Below are positions 8,017 through 17,467 of a stretch of DNA of 64,000 nucleotides, piece after piece. Source of the stretch: Acidimicrobiales bacterium (GTDB lineage: Bacteria; Actinomycetota; Acidimicrobiia; Acidimicrobiales; RAAP-2); contig JBEKOI010000007.1 in the NCBI GenBank assembly GCA_049521915.1, positions 2,657-66,656 on the forward strand, given 5' to 3'. The translations under genes and the position numbers were made by a program. The number at the start of each line of letters is the position of its first letter. Position 1 is the first letter of the stretch. The notes under the pieces were generated by a model, which saw only the letters and a list, made by a program, of their open reading frames with translations, had not been told where the DNA came from and searched no databases.

Positions 8017-9162
8017 ATGGTTCGACCGGCCCCCACTGCGGAGGGATCCACGGCCGCATCCGGCCTGGAGATCATGGGCGTCTGCAAGTCGTTCGGATCC
8101 CAGGAGGTTCTGACCGGAATCGACCTCGAGGTGCCCGAAGGATCCCTGACCGCCATCCTCGGACCGTCCGGGAGCGGCAAGACCACTCTGTTGCGGGTGA
8201 CGGCCGGATTCGAACGGTCCGATCGGGGCACCGTGGTCCTGGGCGGTCGGCTCGTGGAGGACGCCCACGTCGTCCTGCCCCCCGAGCAGCGGGGAATCGG
8301 GTACGTCCCCCAGGAAGGATCGCTCTTCCCCCATCTCACGGTGGCCGCCAACGTCGCCTTCGGCGTGCCGCGTGCGGCCAGGCGGAAATCGGGGAGCACC
8401 ATCTCCGAACTGCTGGACATGGTCGGCCTGGCGGGGCTGGGTGATCGCTATCCTCACCAGCTCTCCGGTGGCCAACAGCAGCGGGTGGCGCTGGCCCGGG
8501 CCCTGGCCATCCGACCGGCCCTGGTCCTGCTGGACGAGCCCTTCTCGTCCCTGGATGCCAGCCTCCGCTCCAGCGTGCGGTCCGATGTCCAGGACGTGTT
8601 GCGGGCGGGAGGGATCACCGCGGTGCTGGTGACCCACGATCAGGATGAGGCCCTGTCGATAGCCGACCGGGTGGCTGTGATCCGGGACGGTGTGATCAGG
8701 CAGCACGGGACACCCCAGCAGCTCTACGACCATCCGGTCGACCCGGCCATGGCGCGGTTCCTCGGCAACGCCAATCTCGTGCCTGCCACCGTGGAGGGCG
8801 ACCGGGTCGACACCCCGTTCGGACCCATGACCCTGCGACCGGACTCGGGAAGGGGCCGGATCTCGGGGCCGGTGGTGGCCCTGGTCCGGCCCGAGCAGCT
8901 GGCCATCTCGACCACCGTGACCGGCTCCGGGCTCCGGGCCGTGGCCCTGCGGACCCAATTCCACGGGCACGACACCGTGATCACCTTCAGCCCGCTCTCC
9001 CTGCCCGGCTCCGATCCGATCAGCGTCCGGGCCGAGGGAGAGCTGGTGGTGGTCGAGAACACAGAGGTCGAGCTCACCACCCGCGGCTCCGCGGTGGTGT
9101 GGCCGGCAGGCGAAGCTTCCCGCCCCCAGACCGGGGACGCTGCGCACCCCGCCGGGGTCTAA
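8017..9162 (+). CDS. ABC importer ATP-binding protein (Fe3+/spermidine-type, FbpC-like)
   Basis: Start taken at the ATG at 8017. Walker A GPSGSGKTT, signature LSGGQQQRVALARAL and Walker B LVLLDEPFSSLD are present, plus a C-terminal TOBE-like extension. Confidence 0.85.
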   Translation: MVRPAPTAEGSTAASGLEIMGVCKSFGSQEVLTGIDLEVPEGSLTAILGPSGSGKTTLLRVTAGFERSDRGTVVLGGRLVEDAHVVLPPEQRGIGYVPQEGSLFPHLTVAANVAFGVPRAARRKSGSTISELLDMVGLAGLGDRYPHQLSGGQQQRVALARALAIRPALVLLDEPFSSLDASLRSSVRSDVQDVLRAGGITAVLVTHDQDEALSIADRVAVIRDGVIRQHGTPQQLYDHPVDPAMARFLGNANLVPATVEGDRVDTPFGPMTLRPDSGRGRISGPVVALVRPEQLAISTTVTGSGLRAVALRTQFHGHDTVITFSPLSLPGSDPISVRAEGELVVVENTEVELTTRGSAVVWPAGEASRPQTGDAAHPAGV

Positions 9163-9169
9163 GGCCTGC

Positions 9170-9200
9170 TTGACAATCTAAGTTAGGTACACCTAATAAT
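9170..9200 (+). promoter_or_regulatory. Candidate promoter (ttgaca ... aataat) with an overlapping IdeR/DtxR-type iron box (9178-9196)
   Basis: ctaagttaggtacacctaa matches the published 19-bp iron-box consensus TTAGGTTAGGCTAACCTAA at 14/19 positions by my alignment. The box sits between the -35-like ttgaca (9170-9175) and an AT-rich -10-like element, immediately before the GTG at 9206. Confidence 0.5.
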
Positions 9201-9205
9201 AGTGC

Positions 9206-10273
9206 GTGGCCACATCGACTGACGGCGGGGCGGGGATTCGGCCGCCTCGGGGGCGACGCCTGCTTCCGGGCCTGGTCGCCCTGTGCCTGACCGGTGGCCT
9301 GTTGGCGGCATGCGGAGGCTCATCATCCGGGTCGGCCCAGTCGATCACCCTCTACAACGGCCAGCACGTGCAGACCACCGAATCACTGGTGGCCGGATTC
9401 GAGAAAGCCACAGGTATCACGGTCGACATCCGCAGTGGTGACGAGGACACCCTGGCCAACGAGATCGAGACCGAAGGGGCCCGGTCACCCGCCGATGTCA
9501 TCTACACCGAGAACACCCCGGCCATCCAGTATCTGGCGGGCAAGGGATCGCTGGCCAAGGTGGACGCCTCGACATTGGCCAACACCCCGAGCCGGTACAA
9601 CTCGCCCGACGGCGACTGGGTGGGGGTGTCGGCCCGGGTCAGCGTGCTCATCTACAATCCCGCCCTCATCGCCCGGGGTCAGCTCCCCGCATCGGTGCTC
9701 CAGTTGGCCGACCCGCGCTACCGGGGAAAGCTGGCCCTCGCACCCGGCGAGACCGACTTCCAGCCCATCGTGACCTCGGTCGATCGCACCTACGGCGAAG
9801 CCGCGACACTGAGGTGGCTCGAGGCGATCAAGGCCAACGCCGGGGGCAACACCTATCCGGACAACGAGACCATCACCGAGGAGGTCAATCGGGGAGCGGT
9901 GGCGTTCGGTGTGATCAACCAGTACTACTGGTACCGCCTGCGAGCCGAGATCGGCGCGTCGAACATGCGCTCCGACATCACCTACTTCGCCCCCCGCGAC
10001 CCGGGGTACGTGCTCGACATCTCGCCGGCTGCGGTGCTCAAGTCGAGCACCCATCAGGCTGCGGCACAGAAATTCCTGGCCTACCTCACCTCGACGCAGG
10101 GCCAGGAGATCATCGCCCATTCGATCAGCTTCGAATACCCGATCGCCTCGGGGGTGACCACGTCCCAGCCCGAGACCCCGTTCCACCAGCTGCAGCCGAA
10201 TGCCATCACCATCGCCGAACTGGGTGACGGCTCGACGGCGATAGCCCTCCTGAAGCAGGCCGGGCTGCTCTGA
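9206..10273 (+). CDS. Fe(III)-type ABC transporter substrate-binding lipoprotein
   Basis: Signal peptide with lipobox LLAAC-GGSSSG. The SBP-like body (ITLYNGQHV...DVIYTENTPA...GVSARVSVLIYNP...) resembles FbpA/AfuA-family proteins. Confidence 0.85.
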   Translation: MATSTDGGAGIRPPRGRRLLPGLVALCLTGGLLAACGGSSSGSAQSITLYNGQHVQTTESLVAGFEKATGITVDIRSGDEDTLANEIETEGARSPADVIYTENTPAIQYLAGKGSLAKVDASTLANTPSRYNSPDGDWVGVSARVSVLIYNPALIARGQLPASVLQLADPRYRGKLALAPGETDFQPIVTSVDRTYGEAATLRWLEAIKANAGGNTYPDNETITEEVNRGAVAFGVINQYYWYRLRAEIGASNMRSDITYFAPRDPGYVLDISPAAVLKSSTHQAAAQKFLAYLTSTQGQEIIAHSISFEYPIASGVTTSQPETPFHQLQPNAITIAELGDGSTAIALLKQAGLL

Positions 10274-10318
10274 TGCCCATGCCGGCCGGGCTCCACCCCG
10301 GATGAGCGTGGGCATCCG

Positions 10319-11926
10319 GTGACGGCGGACCCGACGACTGTGGCCGGCCCCGAACCTCCACCGACGACCGGTACCCCGGTCCCCACCCGCGGCGCCCGAC
10401 GGCCGCGGATCCTCCTCGCAGCCAGCACGGCCGTCGCCGTTGTCCTGCTGGTCCCACTGGTCTTCCTCGTCATCGAAGCCAGCGGGGCGGGTCTGTCCAC
10501 CGTCATCCACCTGATCTTCCGGCCGCTCACCGCCACGCTGCTGTGGAACACCATTCGGCTCACCGTGGTCGTCACCGTGCTCTGCGCCCTCATCGGCACC
10601 CTGGCCGCGTGGTGCGTCGAGCGGACCGATCTGCCCGGGCGGCGGATCTGGGCGGTGTTGGTGGTGGTCCCCTTCGCCATCCCGGACTTCGTGGTCAGCT
10701 TCGGATGGGCATCGCTGTCGACCTGGGTCCACGGCTTCCGGGGCGCGGTGCTGGTCATGACGTTGGCCGTCTATCCACTGGTGTACCTGCCCGTGGCCGC
10801 CAGCCTGCGGGGGGCAGATCCGGACCAGGAGGACGTGGCCCGCAGCCTCGGGAGCAGCCGGATCAACACCTTCTTCCGGATCACCCTCCGCCAGGCCCGG
10901 GGCGCCATCCTCGGCGGCTGCCTCCTCGTGGCCCTGGTCATGTTGGCCGAGTACGGGGCCTTCGAGATCCTCGGCTATCAGACCTTCACCACCGAGATCT
11001 TCACCGAGTTCCAGGAGTTGTTCAACGTGCCGGCCAGCTGCGCCCTGGTGTTCGTCCTGGTGCTGTTGGGTCTGGTCGTGCTCGGAGCCGAGGCCATGAC
11101 CCGGGACAAAGGGCGGGTCTCGCGCCTCGGCCCCCAGGTCCAGCGGGTGACCCACCGTCACCGGCTGGGCAAGGCCACCGTCCCGGTCCTGTTCGCATTC
11201 TTCGCGCTGGTCGGGCTTGCCCTCGGCGTGCCGGTCGGGTCGTGCATCTACTGGACATTCGAGGGAGGAGCCCATGCGCTGACCGGGGTCAGTATCGCCA
11301 GCGCCACCTGGCACACCGCCCTCTACAGCGGAAGCGCAGCCGCGCTGGCCACGCTGATGGCCCTGCCGGTGGCCCTGTTGGCCGTCCGCAATCCGGGGCG
11401 CCCGGTGCACATGCTCGAACGCAGCACCTACCTCGTCCTGGCCATGCCCGGCATCGTGATCGCCTTCGCCCTGAGCTACTTCACGGAACGGTACGCCGTC
11501 TCATTCCTCTACCAGAGCGCTCCACTGCTGATCCTGGCCTACGCCATCTTGTTCTTCCCCCTGGCCCTCGTCGGGGTGAAGGCATCGGTGGCCCACGCGC
11601 CGGTGGGCCTCGAAGAGGTGGCACGATCGCTCGGCCTGACCCGCCTCGCCGTCCTGCGTCGGGTCACCCTCCCTCTCATCGGCCCGGGCCTGGCCGCCGC
11701 CTTCTCGCTGGTTCTCCTGGCCGCCGTCACCGAGCTGACCGCCACCCTCATTCTCGTCCCCACCGGCGTGCAGACCCTCTCCACCCAGTTCTGGGCCTAC
11801 CAGCAGAACCTCTCCTACGGCCAGGCGGCACCCTTCGCGCTGGTGATCATCGCCATCGCCGCCGTGCCCAGCTACGTGCTCGGGCGGTACTTCGACCGCC
11901 TGCCGGCCCGGGCGGCATCGACATGA
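10319..11926 (+). CDS. ABC importer permease, fused two-domain (FbpB-like)
   Basis: 535 aa with about 12 hydrophobic segments. Two EAA-like loops are present (QEDVARSLGSSRINTFFRITL and LEEVARSLGLTRLAVLRRVTL). Confidence 0.85.
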   Translation: MTADPTTVAGPEPPPTTGTPVPTRGARRPRILLAASTAVAVVLLVPLVFLVIEASGAGLSTVIHLIFRPLTATLLWNTIRLTVVVTVLCALIGTLAAWCVERTDLPGRRIWAVLVVVPFAIPDFVVSFGWASLSTWVHGFRGAVLVMTLAVYPLVYLPVAASLRGADPDQEDVARSLGSSRINTFFRITLRQARGAILGGCLLVALVMLAEYGAFEILGYQTFTTEIFTEFQELFNVPASCALVFVLVLLGLVVLGAEAMTRDKGRVSRLGPQVQRVTHRHRLGKATVPVLFAFFALVGLALGVPVGSCIYWTFEGGAHALTGVSIASATWHTALYSGSAAALATLMALPVALLAVRNPGRPVHMLERSTYLVLAMPGIVIAFALSYFTERYAVSFLYQSAPLLILAYAILFFPLALVGVKASVAHAPVGLEEVARSLGLTRLAVLRRVTLPLIGPGLAAAFSLVLLAAVTELTATLILVPTGVQTLSTQFWAYQQNLSYGQAAPFALVIIAIAAVPSYVLGRYFDRLPARAAST

Positions 11927-12062
11927 GCGATCCCGCCGCCGGTGCGGAGCCGCCGACCTGACCCTGCCGGCGGACCGAGGTCGGGTGCGCTGTACAGCAT
12001 CGACCGGGGCATGGGATGCTCGCCCGGCGGGCGGTAAGTCGAGACGAAGAGGAGAGAGCGAC

Positions 12063-12881
12063 GTGTCCCAATCAGAAGGCCGGTCACCCGTTGACCTGGA
12101 GGTGCGCGACGGTGTGGCCTGGATCACCCTGGACGATCCTGACAACGGCAACTCCTTTTCGGCCGAGAGCGTGGGCGCCTTGGCCCGGGCCGTCAACGCG
12201 GCACGGGCCGCCGAGGTCGGGGTCGTGGTGCTGTCGGCCCGCGGACCGGCGTTCAGCGTGGGTGGTGATCTGGGTGCGTTCGAACGCGCACCGGACCCCG
12301 GGGCCTACGTCGATGACCTGGCCGAGGCCCTCCACCGCGTCGTCAGTGAGCTGACCCGGCTCGACGCCATCGTCGTCGCCGTCGTCCAGGGCATGGCCGC
12401 GGGCGCCGCCGTCCCGCTGGCCGCGGCTGCGGACATCGTGCTGGCCGCCGAGTCGGCGCGGTTCACCCTGGCCTACACGAAGGTCGGTTTGACTCCCGAC
12501 GGAGGCAGCAGCTTGTTGGCCGCCTCCATCGGGCTGCACCGGGCGCTGTACCTGGCCCTGCTCAATCCGGTGCTCACCGCGGCCGAGGCGCAGGCCATGG
12601 GCCTGGTGATGGAGGTCCACCCCGACGACGCCCTCGGACAGGCGGTCGAGGGCGTCGTGCGGCGCCTGTCCCGGGGGAGCCGGACGGCGTCGGCGGCGGC
12701 CAAGCACCTGCTCCGCGAGCAGGTGCTACCGGCACCCGAGACGGCCATGCGGCGGGAGACGCTGGCCATGCGGGCCGCCGCCGCTGGACCGGACGGGCGC
12801 GAAGGCATTGCCTCGTTTCTGGCCAAACGGTCACCGGCATTCCCCTCGGTGGTCTCCGGCCCGACCGTCGCCGGCCGGTGA
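12063..12881 (+). CDS. Enoyl-CoA hydratase/isomerase family protein
   Basis: GTG at 12063 follows ggagag. VAWITLDDPDNGNSFS...GPAFSVGGDL...VVQGMAAGAAVPLAAAADIVLAAESARFTLAYTKVGLTPDGG is a crotonase-fold signature. Confidence 0.85.
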   Translation: MSQSEGRSPVDLEVRDGVAWITLDDPDNGNSFSAESVGALARAVNAARAAEVGVVVLSARGPAFSVGGDLGAFERAPDPGAYVDDLAEALHRVVSELTRLDAIVVAVVQGMAAGAAVPLAAAADIVLAAESARFTLAYTKVGLTPDGGSSLLAASIGLHRALYLALLNPVLTAAEAQAMGLVMEVHPDDALGQAVEGVVRRLSRGSRTASAAAKHLLREQVLPAPETAMRRETLAMRAAAAGPDGREGIASFLAKRSPAFPSVVSGPTVAGR

Positions 12882-13156
12882 CCGGGCGGCCGCCCGTGGG
12901 CGGTGCGGCCCCGGTAGCGGCGGATCCGATTCCCGGCTGAACCCGCCGCCGGTCGGTCCCCGGCCGACCCGTCAGGACACCGGGCGGCCCGTCAGGCCTC
13001 GGGGACGGCCGTACGATACGTTGTGTCGGCCATGGCCACTGAACCACGCCCAGGGGTGGTCCACGGACCGCTCTTGCGGAGACAGCGGAGGTTCCTGATC
13101 GTGCCGAATCACGCCCGAAGAGGCCGGGTGGGACGGCGGATGCGGGCCGCCAGCCG

Positions 13157-15301
13157 ATGAGCGGACAAGTCTCTCCGGACGCACCCAAGCAGGGGACGAC
13201 GCTCTCCTACCTTCCCGCTCTCGACGGCATCAGGGGCGTGGCCATGATCGGGATCCTGGGCGTCCACGCGGGGATCTACCTGACCGCCGGAGGCTTCTAC
13301 CTTCTCGACAGCTTCTTTGCCCTGTCAGGGTTCCTGATCACCTCGTTGCTGATCGTCGAGTGGCGGAAGAGCGGCACCATCAAACTGAAGGTCTTCTGGG
13401 CCCGTCGGGCTCGGCGCCTGCTCCCCGCCCTGTTCGTCATGCTCATCGGCGTGGCCATCATCTACGGCCTGTTCGTGCCCGCGGGTACCTTTCCGACGCT
13501 CCGGGGTGATGCTCTCTCGGCTCTCTTCTACTTCGCCAACTGGCACTTCATCGCGGCCGGCGACAACTATTTCGACCAGACCGCCCTCACCTCGCCCCTG
13601 ATCCACATGTGGTCACTGTCCCTCGAGGAGCAGTTCTACGTCGTGTGGCCGCTGGTGGTCCTGGGCATCTTCAAGATCTGGCGGTCGTTGCGGGTCCTGT
13701 TGGTCGTCTGCATCGTGGGGGTGTTCCTCTCCGCGCTCGAGATGGCATTCGTCTTCAACCCGGCGGACGTGACCCGCGTCTACTTCGGTACCGACACCCA
13801 TGCCCAATCCGTGCTCGTGGGAGCGTCATTGGCGGTGGGCCTGGCCATGTGGGCCGATCGCCGGCGCAAGGGTGCCGAGCAGGATTGGCAGGCTCGCACG
13901 CCCAAGGCCCGTTTCCTGCTGACGGCCATCGGTGTCGCCGGCATGGCCGGCACCGCCGTCCTCTGCATCACCGTCCACTCCGACCAGGCCTTCGCCTATC
14001 GCGGCGGGTTCCTGCTCGCCGCCATCGCCGCCTCCGCCGTGCTCCTCAGTGTGTCGTGTGCGCAGTCCTCGCCCGTGGCCAAGCTGTTGTCGTTCACCGT
14101 CTTCACCTATGTCGGGCGGATCTCCTATTCCACCTACCTCTGGCACTTCCCGCTGTTCATCTTCATCAACCATGCCCGGACGGGACTCACCGGGTGGCCC
14201 CTGTTCGCCGTGCGGGTCGCCCCCACGCTGGCCGTGGCGTCGGCGTCGTTCTTCTTCGTCGAACGGCCCATCCGGCAGGGAACCTTCTTCACCTCGTTCC
14301 GGGTACGGATCCTGACCGCCCCGGCGGCCGCCGTCGTGGTGGTGGCCATCGTCCTGGCCACCATGCCGGAAGCCGAGACCTTCGCCGGGGGGTCGGTCGC
14401 CTTGGGGGCCGTCCCCGCCACCCCGATCCAAGGCTCCGTTCCTGCCCCCTATCAGGCCAGCCCGGTCCGGGTTCTCCTCGTCGGGGACTCCGAAGCGCTG
14501 ACGCTCGGGATCGGTCTCGGGGCCGCGGTGCGGGCCGATCCAGGGAAGTACGACCACCTGTACCTTCTCAACGAGGGGATCCTCGGGTGTGGCGTGGCCC
14601 AGGGGACGACGGGTATCCAGGGCGATACGACGTTCGTCGTCGGGAAGCCGTGCACGCCGTACCCGCAGCGGGGCAATTGCCCCCCGGGAGGCGTCTTCGG
14701 TCCCCAGCAGAACGTCCCGTGCCAGGAGTGGACGGCAGCCTGGGCCGACTGGGTCCGTCAGCTGAAGCCCAACGTCGTGGTGCTGCTGGCCGGGGGCGGC
14801 GAGGTGCTCGACCGCGAGTTCGAGGGCCACATGACCAACATCCTCGATCCGGCCTTCGCCGCCTACGTGAAGAGCCAGTTGGAGAAAGCCGTTCGGATCG
14901 CCACCGCCGGGGGCGCCCGCATGGTGCTCATGACCAAGCCGTGCCAGAGCACCGGCGAACAGCCCGACGGGGAACCGTGGCCGGAGGACAGTTCCTCCCG
15001 CCAGGACGTCTACAACTCACTGCTCCGTCAGGTGGCCGCCGAGCACCCGAGCCGGGTCTACATCCAGGATCTCAACTCCTACGTCTGCCCCGGCGGCAGG
15101 TACGCCGAGGATCTGAACGGTGTGCCGGTGCGCGAGTCGGACGGAATCCATTTCCAGTACCAGGAGCCCGGTGTCGGTGGCGACTACCTGGCCCCCTCCA
15201 TCCTCCCCTACTGGGTGGCGCTCGGCCACCTCCAGGAGGTACAGACGGGTGGGGCCAGCGTCGACGTGGGTGCCCTGCCGGAATTCTTCGCCCCGCAGTG
15301 A
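13157..15301 (+). CDS. Acyltransferase-3 (OafA/YrhL-like) membrane protein with C-terminal SGNH-like domain
   Basis: 714 aa. LPALDGIRGVAMIGILGVHAG...FFALSGFLITSLL...HMWSLSLEEQFYVVWP, then about 10 TMs, then an extracytoplasmic VLLVGDSEALTLG... region. Confidence 0.85.
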   Translation: MSGQVSPDAPKQGTTLSYLPALDGIRGVAMIGILGVHAGIYLTAGGFYLLDSFFALSGFLITSLLIVEWRKSGTIKLKVFWARRARRLLPALFVMLIGVAIIYGLFVPAGTFPTLRGDALSALFYFANWHFIAAGDNYFDQTALTSPLIHMWSLSLEEQFYVVWPLVVLGIFKIWRSLRVLLVVCIVGVFLSALEMAFVFNPADVTRVYFGTDTHAQSVLVGASLAVGLAMWADRRRKGAEQDWQARTPKARFLLTAIGVAGMAGTAVLCITVHSDQAFAYRGGFLLAAIAASAVLLSVSCAQSSPVAKLLSFTVFTYVGRISYSTYLWHFPLFIFINHARTGLTGWPLFAVRVAPTLAVASASFFFVERPIRQGTFFTSFRVRILTAPAAAVVVVAIVLATMPEAETFAGGSVALGAVPATPIQGSVPAPYQASPVRVLLVGDSEALTLGIGLGAAVRADPGKYDHLYLLNEGILGCGVAQGTTGIQGDTTFVVGKPCTPYPQRGNCPPGGVFGPQQNVPCQEWTAAWADWVRQLKPNVVVLLAGGGEVLDREFEGHMTNILDPAFAAYVKSQLEKAVRIATAGGARMVLMTKPCQSTGEQPDGEPWPEDSSSRQDVYNSLLRQVAAEHPSRVYIQDLNSYVCPGGRYAEDLNGVPVRESDGIHFQYQEPGVGGDYLAPSILPYWVALGHLQEVQTGGASVDVGALPEFFAPQ

Positions 15302-15331
15302 GCCGGATCCGACGGTGCCGACGAGCTCGGA

Positions 15332-17467
15332 ATGGCTGCCCCGGACGCTGTTCGGAGTTGCAGTACGATCGCCAACGCTTCTGCTCGATCGGCGACTGAA
15401 AGCCGGGCTCAATCGGATGGCAATGCGGTGCTAGAGGGCGCTGTCCACGAATTCGACTCCACAGAGCGGTCATCTCCGCTCGACACCGATCCCACGGATA
15501 CCGAGCCCGGGCATCACCGGCGCACGTCGGCACTGGACGGCATCAGGGCCTTCGCCGTCCTGGCCGTCATGGCGTACCACTTCGGGGTTCCGGGGACGAG
15601 TGGGGGATTGCTCGGCGTGGACGTCTTCTTCGTCCTGTCAGGGTTTCTGATCACCTCGTTGATCTGCCGGGAGCTCCAGCAGACCAGGACGATCCGGCTG
15701 GGACGTTTCTGGGCCCAGCGGGCCCGCCGGCTCCTGCCCGCGCTGTTCGTACTCCTGATAGGCGTTGCCCTCTACGTCCACGTCTTCGCCGGCTCGATCG
15801 ACCTGGCGTCCGTTCGTGGGGACGCCTTCGCCACGCTCACCTACGTCTCCAACTGGCGCTTCATTCTCTCGGACCAGGGGTATTTCGCCCTGGCGGCGGC
15901 ACCCTCCCCCTTCCTGCACACCTGGTCGCTGGCCATCGAGGAGCAGTACTACCTGGTATGGCCACTCGTCGCACTGTTCGTGGCCCGACGGTGGGGAACC
16001 CGGAAGGTGGCTCTTGTGGCTGCGATCGGCGCGGCTGCCTCCGCCGTCCTGATGGGTTCGATGTACGTCGCCGGGTTCTCCATCGAGCGCCTCTACTACG
16101 GCACCGACACCCGTGCCCAATCGCTGCTCATCGGCTCGTTCGTGGGTGCCGTCGGCTCCCACGTCGGAAGCAGCTTCGACATCCTGCCCGGGAGTTGGAC
16201 CGCGACGCGCTGGCTGCGCCGGCTGTGGACGTTGTCGGGGGTGCTCGGAGCCCTGTTCCTCGCCTGGGCGTGGCATGACCTCGTAGGGCAGGACGGCCGG
16301 CTGTACGTGGGTGGCTTCTTCTGTGTGGCCGTGGCCGCCGCGTGCGTCATCATCGCCTGTGTGACCTTCCCGGGCTCCGCGCTGGCCCGTTTCTGCTCGC
16401 TCGGCGCGCTGGTGTTCATCGGACGCATCTCCTATGGGCTCTACCTCTATCACTGGCCCCTCTACCTCCTGATCGATCACGCCCATACCGGCCTGTCGGG
16501 GATCTGGCTGCTCGGGGCCAGGCTGCTCACGACATTCGCGGTCGCCACCGTCTCCTTCTTCGCCATCGAAGAGCCGATTCGGACGAGAAGGATCTTGACC
16601 GGGCGGATGGGACTGGTGGGAATGGGGACGGCCGCCGTGGTCGCCGCGCTGGCCCTCTTCCTGGCCACCGCGGCCCCCGCCACCCCCATCGGTGCCGTTC
16701 CCACCACCGGCGGGGCGTCGGTCGCGCAACGGCAGGCCCTCACCGCCGCCCATGCGTTCACGACCCGACCGATCCGCTTCCTGCTGCTGGGTGACTCGAT
16801 TGCCCTGACCCTCGGGGTGGGACTGGGGGTCCGATCCCAGCCCCGTTACGGAGTCCAGGTCAACGATCGGGGCACGCTCGGCTGTGAGCTCGACACGTTC
16901 GAGGTGAACCTCTCGGGAGTCGTCGGGCCTGCGACACCGGGATGCACCCACTGGCGGACGGTGTGGAAGCAGTATGTGGACCAGGACCGGCCCGATGTCG
17001 TCGGGTTGTTGATCGGACGGTGGGAGGTCAGCGATCAGCTGTACCACGGGAACTGGGTTCACATCGGCCAGTCGGCGTGGGACGACCACCTCGCCTCCGA
17101 GCTCGACCAGGCCTTCGCTCTGCTCTCGGCCGGTGGTGCGAGGATCATCGTGTTCACGATGCCCTACGTCGATCCGCCGACCGAGGCCGCCAACGGGACG
17201 CCGTTCCCGGAGAACTCTCCCACCCGGGTGGCGGCATTCAACAAGCTCCTCCGGAGCGTGGCCGACAGACAGTCCCGACCCGTGACCGTCGTCGATCTCA
17301 ACAAGATGCTCGATCCACACGGTGTCTATGAGCCTGACCTCGATGGCATCCAAGTGCGGTGGTCCGACGGGATCCACATCACCGAGGAGGGCGGAGAATG
17401 GCTCCAGCCACGCATCCTGCCCATCGTCGCCGAGCAGGGACTCGATGCCCGGGCGGGTGGGGCGTGA
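15332..17467 (+). CDS. Acyltransferase-3 membrane protein with C-terminal SGNH-like domain (paralog of the preceding gene)
   Basis: 711 aa with the same architecture (LDGIRAFAVLAVMAYHFG...FFVLSGFLITSL...HTWSLAIEEQYYLVWP ... FLLLGDSIALTLG). The start is uncertain. Confidence 0.85.
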   Translation: MAAPDAVRSCSTIANASARSATESRAQSDGNAVLEGAVHEFDSTERSSPLDTDPTDTEPGHHRRTSALDGIRAFAVLAVMAYHFGVPGTSGGLLGVDVFFVLSGFLITSLICRELQQTRTIRLGRFWAQRARRLLPALFVLLIGVALYVHVFAGSIDLASVRGDAFATLTYVSNWRFILSDQGYFALAAAPSPFLHTWSLAIEEQYYLVWPLVALFVARRWGTRKVALVAAIGAAASAVLMGSMYVAGFSIERLYYGTDTRAQSLLIGSFVGAVGSHVGSSFDILPGSWTATRWLRRLWTLSGVLGALFLAWAWHDLVGQDGRLYVGGFFCVAVAAACVIIACVTFPGSALARFCSLGALVFIGRISYGLYLYHWPLYLLIDHAHTGLSGIWLLGARLLTTFAVATVSFFAIEEPIRTRRILTGRMGLVGMGTAAVVAALALFLATAAPATPIGAVPTTGGASVAQRQALTAAHAFTTRPIRFLLLGDSIALTLGVGLGVRSQPRYGVQVNDRGTLGCELDTFEVNLSGVVGPATPGCTHWRTVWKQYVDQDRPDVVGLLIGRWEVSDQLYHGNWVHIGQSAWDDHLASELDQAFALLSAGGARIIVFTMPYVDPPTEAANGTPFPENSPTRVAAFNKLLRSVADRQSRPVTVVDLNKMLDPHGVYEPDLDGIQVRWSDGIHITEEGGEWLQPRILPIVAEQGLDARAGGA

